A DNA stretch of 64,000 nucleotides from Eledone cirrhosa (taxonomy: Eukaryota): assembly GCA_964016885.1 (NCBI GenBank), contig OZ024745.1, positions 58,776,001-58,840,000 of the forward strand, written 5' to 3'. Below the pieces are notes generated by a model. The model saw only the letters and a program-made list of their open reading frames with translations, did no database searches and was not told the origin of the DNA. Both the position numbers and the translations under genes were made by a program. Below are positions 56,165-64,000 of the stretch, one piece after another. How positions within the stretch are numbered: the stretch's first letter is position 1; each line of letters starts with the position of its first letter.

Positions 56165-56910
56165 ATTTAATATTTTATTAATGCAACGCTTGTAATAACT
56201 CTAGTTAAACATGATATATATTAATAATAAATTATCGTTGTAATGTAATTAGATTATATAATTGTTATTTTATAAATGATCTTATAAATATTATTGTAAG
56301 ATGTATAAAAATATTTTCAGACTTTTAATAGTTAATATAAATTTAAAAAATCATATATAAATTAACAATATAACTTACCAAAACGAGAAAAATATTTTGA
56401 TGATAAACGACGAAATACTGGAGGAAGATTCGAAAGCGAAACGATAAATAAACGTGCAAACAAAGTGGCGGATGCTTTTGAGCAACAATTACTCTCGTTG
56501 GTTCATTAACCAATAAGACAATGAAATTAGCCAATAAGACGATACATTAGAAAAGATGTTTGGGAGGGATCACCACGGCCAGCGATACTCCTTGAATTTT
56601 TTATTCACAAGCTACGCATGTATGTCAGTCAACACAGACACGCAGACTTAAAACATTCTGTTGTTAGTCACTGAGTGTCTAACAGATATATTTGTGTATA
56701 TGTGTATATACATATTCATTGATACATATGTGTGGGTGTATTTTGATGTGTTGTACGTGCTTAAATACATTTGTATGTATTCCCGTGTACATACACATGT
56801 ACACACTTATACACTAATTTTCCCCAATAACGTTACACCTCAACGCTTACAAATGGCCTAACAGCTGATACGCTTACATAAATACACCCACCTACACTTA
56901 CACACATAAA

Positions 56911-57027
<117 letters not shown>

Positions 57028-59526
57028 TTTTTTCCAAATTATCCATCCTGTGTAATAATCAATATGAATTGTGTCTTCCATATTATCCATCTGTTACCTT
57101 AAACCTTTCACCATGGACCTCCGCCTGATCGCTCGATCAATTATCAATAACACACATATTTCTCTCAAACCACACTTTACAATCTTAAAAATATCCAACA
57201 TATTGCATCCTTAGCTAAAATGTTCTGGAAAGAAAATAACTCGATGTTCATGCTTTACATTTCATTGATCCTATGTATCCTCGATCATGGCTGACCTGGG
57301 GTTCAACAAGAATAATAATCCTTTTAACCCTTAAAAGAACTAAAGAACTGCATTCTATTGTTTGTTAGCTTCATTTATGAACTAGCCTCTATTGAGAAGC
57401 TCGGTGAACATAAACCAATAAAAACAAAAAAAAACAAAAAATCAGCAATCACGCGGGTTACTAACGCATGATTAATTAAGTAAGAGATTGCTGTTTATAC
57501 ATTCAACTAGTGCGGTTTCTTTGTACTAATATATATAGATGATATAACTAATTTAAAACAGAAAAAATGTACATAAACTAGCTTTTATATTCAACATAAG
57601 TTCAGCGGTTTGGTGCAAGGTTAAAGTGACATATCTTGCGTCAACATTGATTTTTCGTAATGATAGGTAACACATTGAGATAAGGAATTGCGTATTAAAC
57701 TATCACGAATTCTGCTAGCAATATTCTGACAATGTGACAATCTAATGTTTTTTCAGATATTAAATTCGAAGCACATATAAAAATATTTCTATATATTGTG
57801 TTGGTAATTTAATATATCGAAGGTTTAAGTAGCTTCATTATCATACAACATTATATTTTATGTCGATATGTTAATTAAAATCCTAATAGCAACACTCGGT
57901 AATTCTTCATATATCCCTAGAAATCAGCAACGTACCTGTGAGTAGATACGTAGTTCTATTTTCATGATGCAAAGCGAATGAAAGTTAAATAAACCATTGT
58001 ATTAAACACCAGTATATTGCAGGTACATTTTCCAGGTGATCTTTGAACGTATTCCCTACAGTTGAACTGTTGCAATGTATGATAAAGGACCCTGCAAAGT
58101 AAAATAGTGTAATGCTAGTAGGAGACTTGAACTCATGACTCATGACCATTATGTCTACAGAACGACAGGAAATAAGTGAAAGAATATCGCTACTTTCAAG
58201 ATTCCAACGATATGGGCACAGTACTATTTTCGTCATGCAGTCATTTAAAATAGGCTTAGCCGTGTGGAGTCGTTATTTTAAACTTGTTAATATGTTGACC
58301 ATTCGAGAAGGAGATCATAAACCGTCTTGGTCCTGAGTTGTCTCCAAATATACTTACTGCTCTTTCACTAACAGCAGTTTAAAACAGAAAGAGGGAACTG
58401 ATAAAATACTGACTTAATTAGTAACTCAGTAGAAAGCCTTTGATGTGATACTAGAATAGATTAATGTAGTCACATTTGTGGTCACCATTGACAGAATTAA
58501 GATCATTGTCAGTTTCATGTCAACAATTTTGGTCGTTCATAAGTCAAGATTATGTTACCAATCCTCTCTAAAATAGCTATTGTATTAGGAAATATTTTAA
58601 GGCCAAATGATTCCACTTCGGTTTCTTGTTGGTCCTTAATTTATCAAATTGCACCCGACATCTGCAGTATTTGACCGGAAATTCACATTTTTCATACCAC
58701 AAACCATCTACACCGTTCATCCTAAACATCTCTGTAATTAACCTTAAAATCTCTGAGATGAGTTATAATTACGGTCATAATTTTTCTAACTTTCAAGCCT
58801 GTGGTGAAAATGGGTTTGGAGAGCCACATAGATACTACTAGAACTATGATGACAGTTTAAGGAATTTTAGGGGAATATCTAAAATAATCTTACCTATAGA
58901 TACGGTTGCGATGATACTATGATGGAGTACAAGGATAGGAAGTAGTTTATGATATCACTATCATGCTAAGAAAAAATACAAGATAATATTCACAGCCTGG
59001 AGGTTGAGATATAATGATTAAAGATGTAAAATAGCACAGAAACACCTGTCTCATCGCTTCCACTATACTCATTAAATTCGTTAATACTGATGTAAACGTC
59101 ACTTTCTGTCAACAGGTCATTTTTTATACACCAAAATAATTACTACTTTGATATCCATGTTTCTTTGTTGGCCGACAATCTAACGCATGGCCATATTAAT
59201 AATGTAAAGTTTTATATTGGAATAATATCTAATACATCAAATTATACGGATTACTTACAAAGCAACGTGGTTTTACGATGGAAATAAGAAATATAATACA
59301 AACAGCAACCTCACTTCACTCCTTTCCAAAAACTGAAAAGTGCGGGTGTCAAGGCTCATGTACACAGACGCAACTTGATCTCACATTATCTTACTTCATC
59401 TTTCAGAAAACCACGTGGTGGATATTCCAACCCACTAACCCCCAACAATCCAGTCAGAATACTGAGGCACATTTATTGTATAGTCTTCTATGAATTAATC
59501 TCTATTATGAGAAGTGAATAGAGGGT

Positions 59527-59727
59527 GGTGGTTTGGCAGAGTTGTTAGAACAGCGAACAAATGCTTGTTCCGGCTTTTTAAGTTCTGATTTCAAATCTCG
59601 CCGAGGACAACTTTGCCTTTCATCCTTTCCAGATCGATAAAATAAAGTTTTAGTACAGTACTGACGTTGATATGATTGATTTTCCCCTTTATATAAAAAG
59701 CTGGCCTTGAACCTAAATTAGAAATTA
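59527..59727 (+). mobile_element. Meta-domain-like SINE
   Basis: tggcagagttgttaga...caactttgcctttcatcctttccagatcgataaaataaag...ctggccttg. Confidence 0.8.
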
Positions 59728-60644
59728 AGATAACTGAATGCAAGTATAATTATAGGCGCGTGACTTAGTGGTTAGAGAACCGTGAGGTTGCGATTCCGAT
59801 ACCCGAAACGGGTGATGCGTTATGTCTTTTCACGTTGTGACCGGTAGAGAGTATCAGCAATGAAAATATTGCTTCCTTGTCCCTATTTGATTAGTTCCAC
59901 CCCACTCGGTAAGTGAGGTCTGGGATATTAATGAGCGATTCCATAATATATAAGAAAGTAATTTTTTTAAAGTTGACTAAGCATAGTTAATAATGAATTT
60001 CTCCATTAGCAGACATTGAAAATGCACCCCCACCTCCGGAACCGTACGCCAATGTATCCACACATTTCCCTCACTGTTTTGAGAGCATATTTATAATATT
60101 TAAATGTAGATAGCTTCATAGATATGAACGTTGCTAACACTATTTAGACATAAAAGATCCTATTTGAAACCCAGTATGAGACAAGACACATATTCAAGAA
60201 TAAAACGAGATTTAACCTGTTGAAACGTAAATAAAATGTATTTAGTCCACACATAGTTATTTAGCAAAAATATACAGAAATTGTGAATTAATTCATAATT
60301 GCAATTATTGTTCTTTTAAGTAGCTATCAGTTTTAATATTCAGTTATTGCTACTACGACCATTTTTCTCTAATCTCGCTTGAAAACATTTCACCTTAATA
60401 CTATTTATGCTCTTTGGAAAAGCTTTGACGTCACAGTTTTCCATTTCCTGCGTTAATATATATCTGTCTGTATGTTGTATTTACGTGGGTGATTATGGGC
60501 GTGCCTTCAAGCGGTAGTAAGGATATTTTGCTTGCCCAGAAAATATAACAGCACAACACAAACATCCCAACATAATATATTACAACGAATTACATCATTT
60601 TAAATACATAAATGCAATAGGTAAACTGAGAAAACTATAGAAAG

Positions 60645-61816
<1,172 letters not shown>

Positions 61817-61818
<2 letters not shown>

Positions 61819-61897
61819 TGTTTCTTTATTAGCCACAGGTGCACAAAAGAAGGGGACAAATACAAAGGGGGAAGTTTACATACAATAAAAACGTGTA

Positions 61898-61900
<3 letters not shown>
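61817..61900 (-). mobile_element. Second, diverged 3'-end fragment of the Tx1-like family
   Basis: tttattagccac..gcacaaaag...ggacaaatacaaaggggg.agtttaca matches 60760-60815; GATA on both sides. Confidence 0.8.
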
Positions 61901-61954
<54 letters not shown>

Positions 61955-62002
61955 ATCATACATACACATACATTTATTCTAAAAACAATCACTAATACAC
62001 AC

Positions 62003-62081
<79 letters not shown>

Positions 62082-62331
62082 ATAAGTAAACAAATATGTA
62101 GGTGGATAAACAAATAAATAATTTACAATTATTGGGAAAACGAAATATATCGGGGATAGCTTAGAACTCTTAATCCGGCTTACAAACTTTCCAACACGCA
62201 ACTTCCATATTTTAAAATCCCCATAGAAACAATTCCCCCCCTCCTTCTCATTTATTTTTTCACTTTCTCAAACTCAACATCATCATCACTATTTTCATGG
62301 ATAACATCTATCCAACCGTAATCTAATATAT

Positions 62332-62376
<45 letters not shown>

Positions 62377-62869
62377 TACACACTCACACACTCACTCACT
62401 CACACTCCAAAGAGCACATGCGCATAGTCATACACAACCACAAATATATATATATCCGCCATACACCCTGATATACATACATATACACGCGTGCGCCCAC
62501 ACAGTCACACACGCATATACATACTAATTATTCTAAATATAGATTTGGGGGAAATATTACCAAACCCATTACTATATCCCGACGTTTCTCTGTTTTGTTT
62601 TACCTGAGTTTGATTGAAAACACAACTGTCAAAAGAATCAAACACTTTCTGAAACTACTCCATATACCTGAGTTATTTCTAACAATTATGGGTTTTAAAA
62701 TGTATTAGTTTGCTTATTTAATTTTGTACTTACACATATTAGTATAGGAGAGAAAGAAACAGCAAGGAATAGAAACGAAAGCTCCTCTCCTTCGCATTTG
62801 ATCAATACTATCCATGGGTTCTGTACTCATGACTAACTGACCATATGTTTACCTCAACGAGACATAAGC

Positions 62870-63120
62870 CATGATACAATCTTTTGTACGGAAGACCAAC
62901 AGTAGCCCACACATTCATATCTCCCTATTGCCCTTCCGATGTTTTCCAAGGGAAGGGCAAATGCCGATACAGCTTGGCACCAGTGTCAACGCAAATCACT
63001 TTCCCAGCTAAGTGACCTGGAAGAACATAAAATAAAGTGGCACTCTCCAGGACACAATGGGAATCGAACTTACAGACTTACACTCGTGAGAACAGCTCCC
63101 TATCCACTAAGCCACGCGAC
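62870..63120 (-). mobile_element. SINE-like repeat (related pieces at ~28625 and ~34195)
   Basis: ccaaggga..ggcaa..gccgatacagc.tg..accagtg shared; tRNA-like head cgcgtggcttagtgg on minus. Confidence 0.6.
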
Positions 63121-63432
63121 ATGATTAAGTAACTGGTAAAAAAAAACTACATAACACGCTACAGTTATGTAGTGCTTTACTTTTTATTGATTTTTATTAT
63201 TATTTCTTTCAATCATTCAATATTTAGATCTCGAAGGATTTTCATGAAAATAAAGTTTAAATTATAAGACAACAAAATTTCTTGAAGATTTCCTGTTATT
63301 TTTGGTATTTTTTAAAGAGTTTATTGTAATTCATTTTTGTATTTTTGTTGGCTGTTCTAATTTTGTATAAGTAAAATTTTCTATTTATCTATCAATTCAT
63401 CTACCGGCGCTATCTCTCCCTCATCCTCTGTT

Positions 63433-63499
<67 letters not shown>

Positions 63500-63729
63500 A
63501 GAGGGAGAGAGAATGAGAGAGAGAGAGTTAGAGAGAGAGACACACAGAGAGAAAGACAGAGAGAAAGAGAGAGACTAAGAAGTGCGCTAGCAGCAGAAGT
63601 GTATAATAAAGTTATATAGTGTGTAACCGAAACTGCACCAGTGTGTATAAATATGCACACATCTAATATGTAGGCATATAAACATGCCAAAAATATACGA
63701 ATTTCGCTATAAATTGAAAAAATGGTAAA

Positions 63730-63776
63730 CATCTTTAATCGATTTTCGGGTCTAATTGAACCCTCATCAAAAGACG
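63730..63776 (-). ncRNA. Hammerhead ribozyme with U3 variant
   Basis: CGTCTT-TTGATGA-GGGT tcaattag ACCC-GAAA-atcgat-TA-AAGATG. Confidence 0.7.
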
Positions 63777-64000
63777 TATATATCATCAAATCAGCCACAA
63801 GGACATGGAGTTGATGGGTATATATATCCATTCACACTTGGTATTTTTCTAAAAATGGACGTACTAATTTACGCTGGTGTTGGTAACTAATTTAAATAGT
63901 AAGAAGTACTCGAGCAGTAGAAGTGTGTATGAAAAAGTTGTACAAGTGTGTGTTTAACTACAGTTACGGGCGGTGCGCCGTATGAAGCACTCAATACTCT

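Noticed and set aside
57860-59400. Possible ancient LINE RT remnant (KAFD-like); similar hints at 33350-33790 and 48570-48900
   Set aside because: Too many stops and too little motif support to classify by eye.

Overview
AT-rich, microsatellite-dense animal genomic DNA. The SINE types and repeat landscape suggest an octopus or other cephalopod; this is inference. I found no supportable host protein-coding gene, and nearly all ORF-track entries are (TA)n/(CA)n/(GA)n artefacts. The window is made of transposable elements: a near unit-length but frameshifted Penelope-like element (PLE; RT plus GIY-YIG, Naiad-like, ~18.0-21.85 kb), a 5'-truncated PLE with an inverted pLTR (0.9-2.4 kb), an RLE-type (R4/Dong-like) LINE pair in (TACA)n, a Tx1/L1-like pair in (GATA)n, RTE remnants, a DD37D (maT) mariner remnant, MITEs and many tRNA-derived SINEs. 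The most striking signal is about 20 minimal type I hammerhead ribozyme (HHR) motifs from roughly ten apparently unrelated sequence families. Almost all sit in short non-coding modules inside (TA)n tracts. Many modules are head-to-head palindromes whose inversion point lies in, or about 40 nt upstream of, the ribozyme core. One family forms ~430-bp tandem units with compensatory stem I changes (retrozyme-like), one HHR has a U3-A8 core swap, and one has a 91-nt stem II. All structures were read by eye and coordinates may be off by a few nt.
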